NCBI GenBank assembly: GCA_051530055.1
Contig: CM121341.1
Span: 11,076,784-11,140,783 of the forward strand
Origin: Neoechinorhynchus agilis
Taxonomy: Eukaryota; Animalia; Acanthocephala
Direction of reading: 5' to 3'
Length of the DNA stretch: 64,000 nucleotides
Positions 49,415-59,968 of the stretch are shown here, one piece after another. Below the pieces are notes generated by a model that worked only from the letters and a program-made list of their open reading frames with translations, made no database searches and had not been told where the DNA came from. The position numbers and the translations under genes were made by a program. Each line of letters begins with the position of its first letter. Position 1 is the first letter of the stretch.

Positions 49415-49924
49415 TTAGAGATCCGTCCTTAAAACGTCATGAACGTGGCTCAACGAATGACCTGCACTAAAAACATGTCAGGTATTTAAAACTGTCAAAA
49501 GAAGATTACCTCTGTGTTCCTGGATTCGTATGGGATAAGGACAGTTCATTATGTATCCACCACATGAACTTGGTGGTCCGTAACGATCTCTCCACTGCCG
49601 CTGCCGCTGCCGATCTGTATTCCTGCATCTGTACGATTCGAAGCATGGTCGACTGACCGAAGTGTGATCACTTGTGGAGCAACGTGCGACGGATGATTCC
49701 GCTTCAGAATGAGGAGATGGATATCGGTGGACAAAATCGGTTGAACAATCACTGCATGGTGGTAAAGATCTTTGTGCGCAATCATACGATCTATACATTG
49801 GTTCTTGTGGGTAATGCATACAAAACTGCGAGTATGGAGGTTGGTATACCGCCCCAGTCATTGGCCAATGCTGCGCCGGATAATAGAAAGCAGCACCAAA
49901 CGGTTGTGCTGCGTTGGATGCCAT
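49415..49924 (-). CDS. Hypothetical Pro/Tyr/Gln-rich then Ser/Arg-rich protein, probably 2 exons
   Basis: 148-aa ATG ORF. A candidate 48-nt GT-AG intron at 49462-49509 joins in frame to ...RGHSLSHVHDVLRTDL*. Confidence 0.55.
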
Positions 49925-50413
49925 GCTCGATCGGTATTTTCGTCGGCCTTTGGATTTTATTATACCTTCTCATTTAAGCGAATATAGCGTGTTCCGAAGG
50001 GCGTACACACTACTTACCCATTCTGTGAGTGAGCAAATACAATGTTTTTTTTTGTAATTTTATCCAAACAATACCAAAAACACTTTTGAACTATATGCAC
50101 ACATGGTTGCGTCAGATTCGAATGAACCATTGGGCGTCGTATGTGATAAGGATCAAGCGTTTTGTTGGCAAAAAAAAGAATTGCAACTTCAAATGGTATT
50201 GATGAAGACTATGAAAATTTTCTTCAAGCAAAAACATTGATTCTGAATTCTTGTTCTGTTGCGGACTATTTAAAAATTGTCAAATATAACGATGAAAGGT
50301 AGAAGAAAATCTAAAAGAAACGGCTTATAAAGATTCACTTGAAAACTAAAGTACTTCTAAATACCAAAGAAACAAACCAGATTCGCCCCGCTCGATACAT
50401 CAAATTACCCCTT

Positions 50414-52291
50414 TTATAAAGTAAATCCAGTTAACAGATAGAGGATATCAGAGACGTACGACGGGACAGAATTCTCTTCTTCATCTTTCGATTCAAAATA
50501 TACAAACGAAGTCAAATCGCATATCCGCGCTTCAACAGCGTCCACGCTAATGGCTTCGCGTACAAAGTCTAAAACTTGATTAAGATCGTCTTCACCAATT
50601 CCAAGAACAAGCCTCAAGTTTTTAGATGAGATATTTCTGTGCATTCGACTTATACATGAGAGATTGTGGAATCTCAGAACGCGTTGAAGCTCTTCTTTGG
50701 GAACCGATAATGTTTTATCATCAATGTAGTTAGAAGTATTTTCCCAGAACCGGTACATGATCTCGATATGGTCAAATGGAATCAATCGTGGAACGAAGAA
50801 GTTCTTTAGAAGACCGTAGCATTCCTTATCCAATTTATCCGCAAATCCCTTCTCAAATATCTTCAAAAATAAATTTTGTCTTTCTGTGAGATATATTGGA
50901 CTCAATAGAGCACAACGAATTAGCTGGTTTCCTACTAATTCAGCGCATTCATCTCATTGCTCGTTTGTCTTTTTGAGGAGCGAAGAGTCATTTAATAGAA
51001 TGGACAAAAATCGTTAAAATATAGCTAATTAAAACAGTATTTAAAGCTGATGATTTCGAATGCTAATTACTACAATGCAGGTCGTTAAATCTAACAATTT
51101 TTCCAGAACGTGCTTAAAAACGCGATGATTTCACTAATTAAATATCAAATGTTTGCTGACCAATATTTCGGATTAATAGCTATTAAGAAGCAAATTGCAA
51201 TTCTGGTAAATAGATTAAAGCTCGCAATGCAAAGGCCCAAGAGATATTTCTAAAAAATTACAAAAGTACTAATTGGCTTCTGCTAGCTTAAGCATCCTTA
51301 GAGACGACAAATATTTTTATATCATAAAGAAGATCGATATTAAATGGCAGTTCGTACTATACAGCCAAAACATTGAATGATGTCGATAAATATTTTGATT
51401 TTCCAGTGGCAAATAGAACAGACGAATCAATTAATAATCCGAATAAGTTCTTTTAAATTTTGAGTTGATTTTCCTTCTTGGAAATACCACGTTCACTTTT
51501 AAGTCAACAAGACAAACGACACTGTTCCGCTGCGCGAGTTCTAAATACTCCATTCCAGCTCGAATGTAAAATTGTTCATTATAGAAAAATCGCGCTGTTA
51601 GGTCAACATAGCAATCAAATAGAAACGGGTGTTCTTCTATTAATCTGGTATTATTCTCAAAGGCCATTTTTATGACTTTAAGAGCAGTTTCAGCAGACTT
51701 GCTGTCGTTTCGAAAAATAGCAATCTTGGCTGAGATTAAGAAAGCTCGTAATTCATCAACGAACGTTCGGTAGCTAAACGCGTGAAACACAGCAATGGTC
51801 TTTCCGGCATCTTCTATCTGACCCAATCTTAAAAGAATTGATGAAAAAATAATACAGGCTTTAGGAAGAAGCCCTTGATGTGTTTTTTGACCGAATTTGC
51901 CTAAACGAACGAAAATAAAGTATACGAGCACTGCGAAGTCATGGGAAGAGAGTCGGGATAGGTCAATGGACAAATTTGTCGTCTTAAAAGGTACTCTGTC
52001 GAACACACCGATTGGGAAATGTTGTATCAGATTGAAGTCCATGAGTGAGCAGAGAATTGAGTTTGCTTGTTCGGTCTTTGTTGAGTATGACGACGATTCA
52101 GGGCCGATTGCATGGTAGACGATTACAAGCAGGGAGTGAAGGCAATTATCCGAAGATTGAATGTACGACAAAGCATCGTCGAATTCCGGAAGGGATCGTG
52201 CGTCCAGTTGGTTAATGAGGTCCGATATTTGTGGAGAAGATCGCAGAAGATGATTGTATTTCAACAGAATGGATTCCAACTCTTGTAACAT
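50414..52291 (-). CDS. COPS4: PCI-domain protein, most like COP9 signalosome subunit 4
   Basis: ELRAFLISAKIAIFRNDSKSAET, FYIRAGMEYLELA and FHNLSCISRMHRNIS...ARICDLTSFVYFES align with CSN4 motifs. Rpn5/PSMD12 is not excluded. Intron between ~51495 and ~50940. Confidence 0.6.
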
Positions 52292-53249
52292 GACTGATCT
52301 TGAAGACGCAAAAAAAGATGATCTGGGTTAAGATGGAAAAAACATTAATGGTCTTTTGTTTTAGAAAACCGCTACCATTTGGACAATAATATTTGAGATG
52401 GTGACATTTTTATACGCGAAAAATTAAGGGCAAACATATATAATAGATTTTCAGTCAGTTTTAAAAGCAAAAAACATACTAACTTTTGCTCATCAGTAGC
52501 AAGATACAGGTCGTTCATCTATGAGATCAATGTGAAAATCTATGATGGTATTCTCCCAAGAACTTACCCATTCAATATCTTTCTTTATTTTTCGTCTAAA
52601 AACTTCGGGCCGTTGCAATGACAAAGAAACCCTTTATTTTCGAACTTTCGCCATGTTACGGCTTGCTCAGAAATCTACAAAGGCGCGTAAAGATGTGAAG
52701 TAACAGATCGATTTAAAAATTATCACTTAACGAATAAAGAGACGTTGAAAACGAAGTCCCTCAATTTATTCACGGTTCGTAAATGACGGATTAATACTGT
52801 TTCGGAGACATCACTTCAAGAATAGAATCCTTCAACCTCTCCAACATCGCCATGTAGTTCATGAAAGCACGAATTTTTAAGTAAAAACAACAACATTAAA
52901 GGGTCGAAATCCAAAATGTATTTTACTTTGTGCAAATCTCGTCAGATTGATGGAAAATTTGGTGGTGTATTTATAACAATAAAGATTAAAACGCAATCAA
53001 ATTTCTAAAAATGACGATTAGGGATAAAAGGTTCAAATGTCTTAGAAAAAATGAATCAAAAATTTCAAACAGGTGACAGAGATTGGGTCAAAAGAATAAA
53101 ATCCCCGTGGTCCGAAAAAAATATCGTAGCTCGCCTTCTGTATTTCCGTCTTGTTGATTTCACCTCTTAAAGCCGCTTAGCAGAAAATTAAAGTGGTGTC
53201 GGAACATCCCTTCTACGGCTTTTTCTTTTTTGGAACATAACCAACCGGT

Positions 53250-53680
53250 GATCAGGGAAGCGCGTAAAATAACTTAATACCCTGAAGCATACGATTGTGA
53301 GTTTTGTGCATCCCCGTTCGGACCCTCAGATACCCCCCAATGAGGCGAGACTCGTCATTGAGTTTGTTCCATTCAACAGGGCATTTTGTTTCCTTTCCTT
53401 GTGAGCCATTGATGATTGTGGATGGATTATGTCCACTAAACCACCTCGGCACAACTATGGAATGTGCAAATTCTGCCAGTTTTATACCGTCTAGTGAACT
53501 TTTGCCCCGAATCCAAGTTTCATGATCAAAGGGTTCAAATCCACAATCGCCAATGACTCACTAGGAAAGGAAACGAAATACATCGTTGAAGGAAGAAGGA
53601 AACTCGCTGATGAGTCTCGCTTTCTCGGAAGTTATTTGAGAACCCAGACAGAGATGTACAAACTCTTAACCGTATTATTA
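53250..53680. mobile_element. Two inverted LINE 3'-end remnants (53250-53400 +, 53565-53670 -)
   Basis: aaaataacttaata.cctgaa.catacg matches 1248-1275. Translations EARLVIEF and ARLISEF match the family C-terminus. Confidence 0.7.
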
Positions 53681-53854
53681 TAATTTTGGTGAACATACTC
53701 CCGGTCATAACCTATTTGATTTTGATTTATTGTATCGCGAAATATTTCCAATAAATCAAAATCAAATACGCTATTAGAAAATTAACAATTGAAAAATCTC
53801 AATTTATTTTATTGTGCGTTTGTCATGACCTCTTGCTCTTCCCATTACCCTCTT

Positions 53855-55772
53855 TCAATTTTCCTTCTTTTTCGTTTCTAGGCCATCCTTGAACTGACCG
53901 AATCTCAAGCGACGTATTGTAATGATCGTTAAGAATAAACACAAAAATCCAGCAAACACAAGTACCGGTTGAATCAAAACTGCGTACCAGGGAACTAAGA
54001 AAGTGATCTTTAGGAGAAGCAGTCAGCAAGTTTTTGTAAACAAATATACGCATGTACCTCAATGAACTTGGTCGAATGCACATTAACAAGGTTTGACTTT
54101 GAAAGAACAATAGTTGGTTTTCCCCGGATAATATCCAAATATCCATAAGTGACGTCATTGGGCAATCGATCAAATCTGTACGGAGTATTAATATCTACGA
54201 TTCTGAATAACAAGAAAAAAAGATAGCGAAAAGTCCACTTGAGCTAACTTTGATTCCCTTGGAAGGGCTATTCTGAGTTCGAGGTGCTCTACGTTCTGAT
54301 TATCCATCAAACTATCCATTATTCTAACTCTCAGTTTGTACTCGTTGCCTTTTCAGAAAAGAAAAATGAAATAGGACAAATAAAAATATAAACGCAACTC
54401 ACCTTTACGCCTTAGGATGAGATTGCGCCTCAACGTGTAGCCAACAGTGTAACTAGTCCTCCAGCCACCGAACAACGGAAACCTCGGTCGAAGGTCCAAT
54501 ACCATCTCTTTTCCACTGAATCGAACAGTACTGGTCGATATATTTCCAAGATGATCTCTATAAAAGACATGCCTCGACTTCTGAGGCAGTCTCATTTCAA
54601 ATACTTCTACAGCACTGTCCGATTGTCCTGATGCGAATTTTATCGATCGAAACATATGAGTTTGTCGCGAAAACCCAGATGAAAGCTTCGCCCCGCAATG
54701 AAAGAGATCGTTCACCTGATTTCTAAAGATCACATCGCCAAAACTGGTAACTTCAACGTATCGAACGACGTCTCTGACTTTAAGAAACGGCGCATTGTTC
54801 TCATAATGAACACTAAATTTGTCGTAGGATAAAGGCGGTCGTTCATTTGGAAACGAGTATGAAATGGACGTCTTGTCTGGTCGATTGTGCGGCTGTGGGT
54901 TTGCTTCGATAACATTCGGTGACCAAAGATTGTATTGGGTTTCTTCGTGTATTGCGAAAGATCGATCATTTAAAGAATTAATGTTCGTATTTAAAAGATT
55001 TCGGTATGAACTAAGAATCGAAGAAAAATCTCAAACAATACGCATCGAAAATTAGTCAAAATGAGAGCTTCTGAACTGTTGACTATAGTGGTCGATAAGC
55101 GCAATTTTCCTATAAGAACGATTATAAAGCAGTCGTGCCGATAAGTAGAATCCACCTTTCCGCTAATAAAGTTCTAAATTAATTTTCGGAGTAGAGGTAT
55201 TATTCCAACATTGGTAGTCTTCAATGTAGGACTCCAAACGCACGTAAATGCTCCACAAATCAAAACTTTTAACGATTATAGAACTACCAAGAGAAAATCG
55301 ACAACGAATTGATCGTTCGCTTTAGCGTTTTATAAGGCGAGTAAAAATAAAGATTTCCTTCGTATCGGACGAACTGTGATTCAGTCTGAACGATTTTTTC
55401 AGGTAAAATTTGGTATAAATCGGTATAAATGGCATCAACTACAATCTTTACATAATCACTTCCGTTGAGCTTTAAAGCAACAGAGCATTTAACGTTTGAT
55501 TGACAGCTAGAAAAATCTTCAATAATCTCAGCTGGCCCGTTATCCACTGAGGCAGCTAAATAAGCAATCTTACCAATCAACCGCGGTTCTATCAGGTATT
55601 CGTAATCCGTTTCGGAGTTCGCATTTCCGGCTATGATTGTAGTTCTCGAGCGAACAAGCTGCGACGAGAGATCGAATTCACGCGATACCCTCTTGTTTAT
55701 GAAACTATTTGCTTCGATGGCCAAACTTAGAAACGTGAGAAACGAGAAGAGAGAAAATGAGCAGAAATCCAT
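53855..55772 (-). CDS. RPN1: Oligosaccharyltransferase subunit ribophorin I, multi-exon
   Basis: Signal peptide MDFCSFSLFSFLTFLSLAIEA; QFVRYEGNLYFYSPY; VHYENNAPFL; LRPRFPLFGGWRTSYTVGY; YGYLDI.RGKPTIV; TM IQPVLVFAGFLCLFLTIITIRRL; stop TGA at 53855. Confidence 0.92.
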
Positions 55773-56039
55773 CAAAGCGCTTATGTATACCACGGAATTC
55801 TGCTTAGTTTTTAATAAAATGAAGACTTTGAAACGTCACATGAACGAAGTTTTGGTTTTTCAGATCGATAGCGCGTTTTTAAAATTATTGGAAATAAGAA
55901 TGGTCACTCGGAAGGTCATAACAAAAAGCAAAAAGAAAAATGCTACGATTTATCCTTATTACATTCTCATTATTTCCAAAACAAAACACAGAATCGTCAT
56001 TTCTTAGCAAAGAGGAGTTGATTCTTTCGTTTAGTCGTT

Positions 56040-56925
56040 ACTTGCCATCGACATGCCCGCAATTTTGTTATAGACATCGTCGCTTCTGTCCTAAGCTCTC
56101 TATAAAAAGCACGCCCCGTGGTTTTCTGCGGTGGTGTCGTTAGAGGGAGCGAAATTATGGGGTGCAATGGTGAGCTTTCAGATTTGTAAGCTGTATGCTC
56201 AATCCTGCATCCAACATTGAACCGCTGCGCAAACCGAGTTGGGGATTGTTACGCCATTTCTGAATCTTTGCTGAAACTTCTGCGATGCTTGGTCGAACGG
56301 CATCAATTTTCCCGCACTTTTCACTCCGGAGACTCCAAGGGACAATTTGCTCTTAGCAATCGGTTTCGGGCAAATGAAGTCCAAAGGAGACTGCTCCTTT
56401 CCCACGGAACTGTTGCTGCGCCGCCAGGTCTTTTCCCACCATCTCTTCTAAAACTGATCTCCTCGAAGAGAGATGGAATGTCGCTACCAAAACCCTACGC
56501 TTTAGAGTATTCACCAGGCAGTGGCGATTGTGCCCGGTTATAGTTTTTGGGCAATCGAGTTCGTGGATTCCTGTGCTCTCTCGGTCTTGGCACCGAACTT
56601 GCATATCGCACCGTCTTATCAAACCACGAATGAGCGTAGTGCCAAAGCGAAACCTGAGGAGCGGTCATTGATTTTATAATTCAACTGCCCAATTGGTAAA
56701 GCAATAAGAAAAACTGCCGGAATATTTAGTTGCGGCACCTTGGGGTCATAAAGAAAACATTGCAATTTTAAATTATGGAGGAATTTACACGAATTGAAAA
56801 CGAGATTTGACTTATAGACAGCTATTCACCGAGTATTAATCGACACCTCAGCGTTTTAAAATAAACAAACAGCACATAATCTTAAATTAATAAGCTTAAT
56901 ACAAGTTCTTCGTGAATTTGTTACA
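56040..56925 (-). repeat. Reverse-orientation tail (56322-56925) plus one diverged satellite unit (56040-56240)
   Basis: Reverse complement of 37267-37860. gcagcggttcaatgttggatgcagga...gaaagctcaccattgcacc matches the satellite unit. Confidence 0.85.
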
Positions 56926-59485
56926 ATCGACAATTCCTGTATTTTGTTCTTAGCGTCTTCTCTGCCTTAAGCTCTTTAATATATGGCGTCTCGTGGTTTC
57001 TCGCGGCGGCGGCGTTTTCGGGAGCAAAATCATAGGGTGCAATGCTGAGCTTTCGGATCTTTTAAACTGGTCGCTCATCCTTCATCCAACATTGAACCGC
57101 TAAACAAATAAAATCCGCTGCAAAAACAAAGGATAATCAATTTTGCGATATTTATATTGCTTTATGGTGATGCAAAAGGTCACAACAAAAACGAAGTCTA
57201 TAAAAGCATTAGGAAAAAGCAAAATGGATTCGTTTTTTTCTGAAAATTCTCTGCATTTCCAATCAATTCGCTTGCAAATCTTTCGTATTTTCATTAAATT
57301 CCTTTACAATTCCTGTATTTTGTTCTAAATTTTTCTCTGCCTTGAGCTCCTAATAATTTGGCGTCTCGTGGTTTCTCGCGGTTGCGTCGTTTTCGGGAGC
57401 AAAATCATAGGGTGCAATGCAGAGCTTTCGGATCTTTTAAACTGGTCGCTCATCCTTCATCCAACATTGAAGCGCTAAACAAATAAAATCCGCTGCAAAA
57501 ACAAAGGATAATCAATTTTGCGATATTTATATTTCTTTATGGTGATGCAAAAGGTCACAACAAAAACGAATTCTATAAAAGCATTAGGAAAAAGCAAAAT
57601 GGATTCGTTTTTTTCTGAAAATTCTCTCCATTTCCAATCAATTCGCCTGCAAATCTTTCGTATTTTCATTAAATTCCATCGACAATTCCTGTATTTTGTT
57701 CTAAATTTTTCTCTGCCCCAAGCTCTTTATAATTTGGCGTCTCGTGGTTTCTCTCGGTTGCGTCGTTTTCGGGAGCAAAATCATTGGGTGCAATGCTGAG
57801 CTTTCAGATTTTTTAAACTGGTCGCTCATCCGGCATCCAACATTGAACTGCTGAACAAATAAACTCCGCTGACAAAACAAAACATAATCAATTAGACGAC
57901 ATTTTTGTTCTTTACGGTGATGAAATGTTCACAGCAAAAACGAATTCCATAAAAGCGTTAGGAAAAAGAGCAAAATTGCTTCTCTTTTTTCTTAAAAATT
58001 CTCGCCATTTCGAATCAATTCGCCTGTATATCTTTCGTATTTTCATTAAATTCCATCGACAATCCCTGTATTTTGTTCTAAACTTCTCTGCCTTAAACTC
58101 TTTAAAATTTGGCGTCTCGTGGTTTTTCGCGGCGGCGTCGTTTTCGGGAACGAAATCATAGGGTGCAATGCTGAGCTGTCAGAATTTTAAACTGGTCGTT
58201 CATCCTGTATCCAACATTGAACTGCTAAACAAATAAAATCTGCTGCAAAAAAAGGATAATCAGTTAGGCGATATTTTTATTTCTTTACGGTGATGAAATG
58301 TTCACAACAAAAACGAATTCCATAAAAGCGTTAGGAAAAAGGTAAATTGCTTCGCTTTTTCAGAAAATTCTCTGCATTTCTAATCAATTCGCCTGCAAAT
58401 CTTTCGTATTTTCATTAAATTCCTTTACAATTCCTGTATTTTGTTCTAAATTTTTCTCTGCCTTGAGCTCCTAATAATTTGGCGTCTCGTGGTTTCTCGC
58501 GGTTGCGTCGTTTTCGGGAGCAAAATCATTGGGTGCAATGCTGAGCTTTCAGATTTTTTAAACTGATAGCTCATCCGGCATCCAACATTGAACTGCTGAA
58601 CAAATAAACTCCGCTGCAAAGCAAAGGATAATCAATTAGGCGATATTTTTATTTCTTTGTGGTGATACAAATGTTCACAAAAAAAACGAATTCCATAAGA
58701 GCGTTAAGCAAAAGGAATAATGATTCGTTTTTTATGGAAATTCTCGCCATTTATAAGCAAAACGCTTGTAAATCTTTCGAATATTCATTAAAACCCATCG
58801 GCAATTCCTGTATTTTGTTCTAAACGTCTTCTCTGCCTTAAGTTCCTAATAATTTGGCGTCTCGTGGTTTCTCGCGGTTGCGTCGTTTTCGGGAGCAAAA
58901 TCATTGGGTGCAATGCTGAGCTTTCAGATTTTTTAAACTGATAGCTCATCCGGCATCCGACATTGAACTGCTGAACAAATAAACTCCGCTGCAAAGCAAA
59001 GGATAATCAATTAGGCGATATTTTTATTTCTTTGTGGTGATACAAATGTTCACAACAAAAACGAATTCCATAAAAGCGTTAGGAAAAAGAGCAAAATTGC
59101 TTCTCTTTTTTTCTTAAAAATTCTCGCCATTTCGAATCAATTCGCCTGCAAATCTTTCGTATTTTCATTAAATTCCATCGACAATTCCTGTATTTTGTTA
59201 TAAAATTTTTCTCTGCCCCAAGCTCTTTATAATTTGGCGTCTCGTGGTTTCTCGCGGTTGCGTCGTTTTCGGGAGCAAAATCATTGGGTGCAATGCTGAG
59301 CTTTCAGATTTTTTAAACTGGTCGCTCATCCGGCATCCAACATTGAACTGCTAAACAATTAAAATCTGCTGCAAAAAAAAGGATAATCAGTTAGGCGATA
59401 TTTTTATTTCTTTACGGTGATGAAATGTTCACAACAAAAACGAATTCCATAAAAGCGTTAGGAAAAAGGTAAATTGCTTCGCTTA
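56926..59485 (-). repeat. ~375-bp satellite array 3, inverted relative to arrays 1 and 2 (~7 units)
   Basis: tcgttttcggga(g/a)c recurs at ~57015, 57387, 57763, 58138, 58507, 58883 and 59263. Confidence 0.95.
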
Positions 59486-59512
59486 AGAGAAAATCGACAA
59501 CGAATTGAACGT

Positions 59513-59968
59513 TCACTTTAGCGTTTTATAAGGCGAGTAAAAATAAAGATTTCCTTCGTATCGGACGAACTGTGATTCAGTCTGAACGATTTTTTCAGGT
59601 AAAATTTGGTATAAATCGGTATAAATGGCATCAACTACAATCTTTACATAATCACTTCCGTTGAGCTTTAAAGCAACAGAGCATTTAACGTTTGATTGAC
59701 AGCTAGAAAAATCTTCAATAATCTCAGCTGGCCCGTTATCCACTGAGGCAGCTAAATAAGCAATCTTACCAATCAACCGCGGTTCTATCAGGTATTCGTA
59801 ATCCGTTTCGGAGTTCGCATTTCCGGCTATGATTGTAGTTCTCGAGCGAACAAGCTGCGACGAGAGATCGAATTCACGCGATACCCTCTTGTTTATGAAA
59901 CTATTTGCTTCGATGGCCAAACTTAGAAACGTGAGAAACGAGAAGAGAGAAAATGAGCAGAAATCCAT
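59513..59968 (-). CDS. RPN1: Duplicated RPN1 exon 1 with its promoter: alternative first exon, truncated 151-aa product or pseudo-exon
   Basis: 59486-60596 is a near-identical copy of 55290-56400 (offset 4196 bp). It reads MDFCSF...YSPYKTLK then TGA. Confidence 0.9.
   Translation of the reverse strand: MDFCSFSLFSFLTFLSLAIEANSFINKRVSREFDLSSQLVRSRTTIIAGNANSETDYEYLIEPRLIGKIAYLAASVDNGPAEIIEDFSSCQSNVKCSVALKLNGSDYVKIVVDAIYTDLYQILPEKIVQTESQFVRYEGNLYFYSPYKTLK

Noticed and set aside
53490-53545. tRNA gene from the B-box GGTTCAAATCC
   Set aside because: No cloverleaf or acceptor stem could be built, and the A-box is weak.
55633-56143. Plus-strand ORFs of 124 and 67 aa, also duplicated at 59829-60339
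   Set aside because: Antisense shadows of RPN1 exon 1, its promoter and the satellite unit. They recur only because of the duplication.
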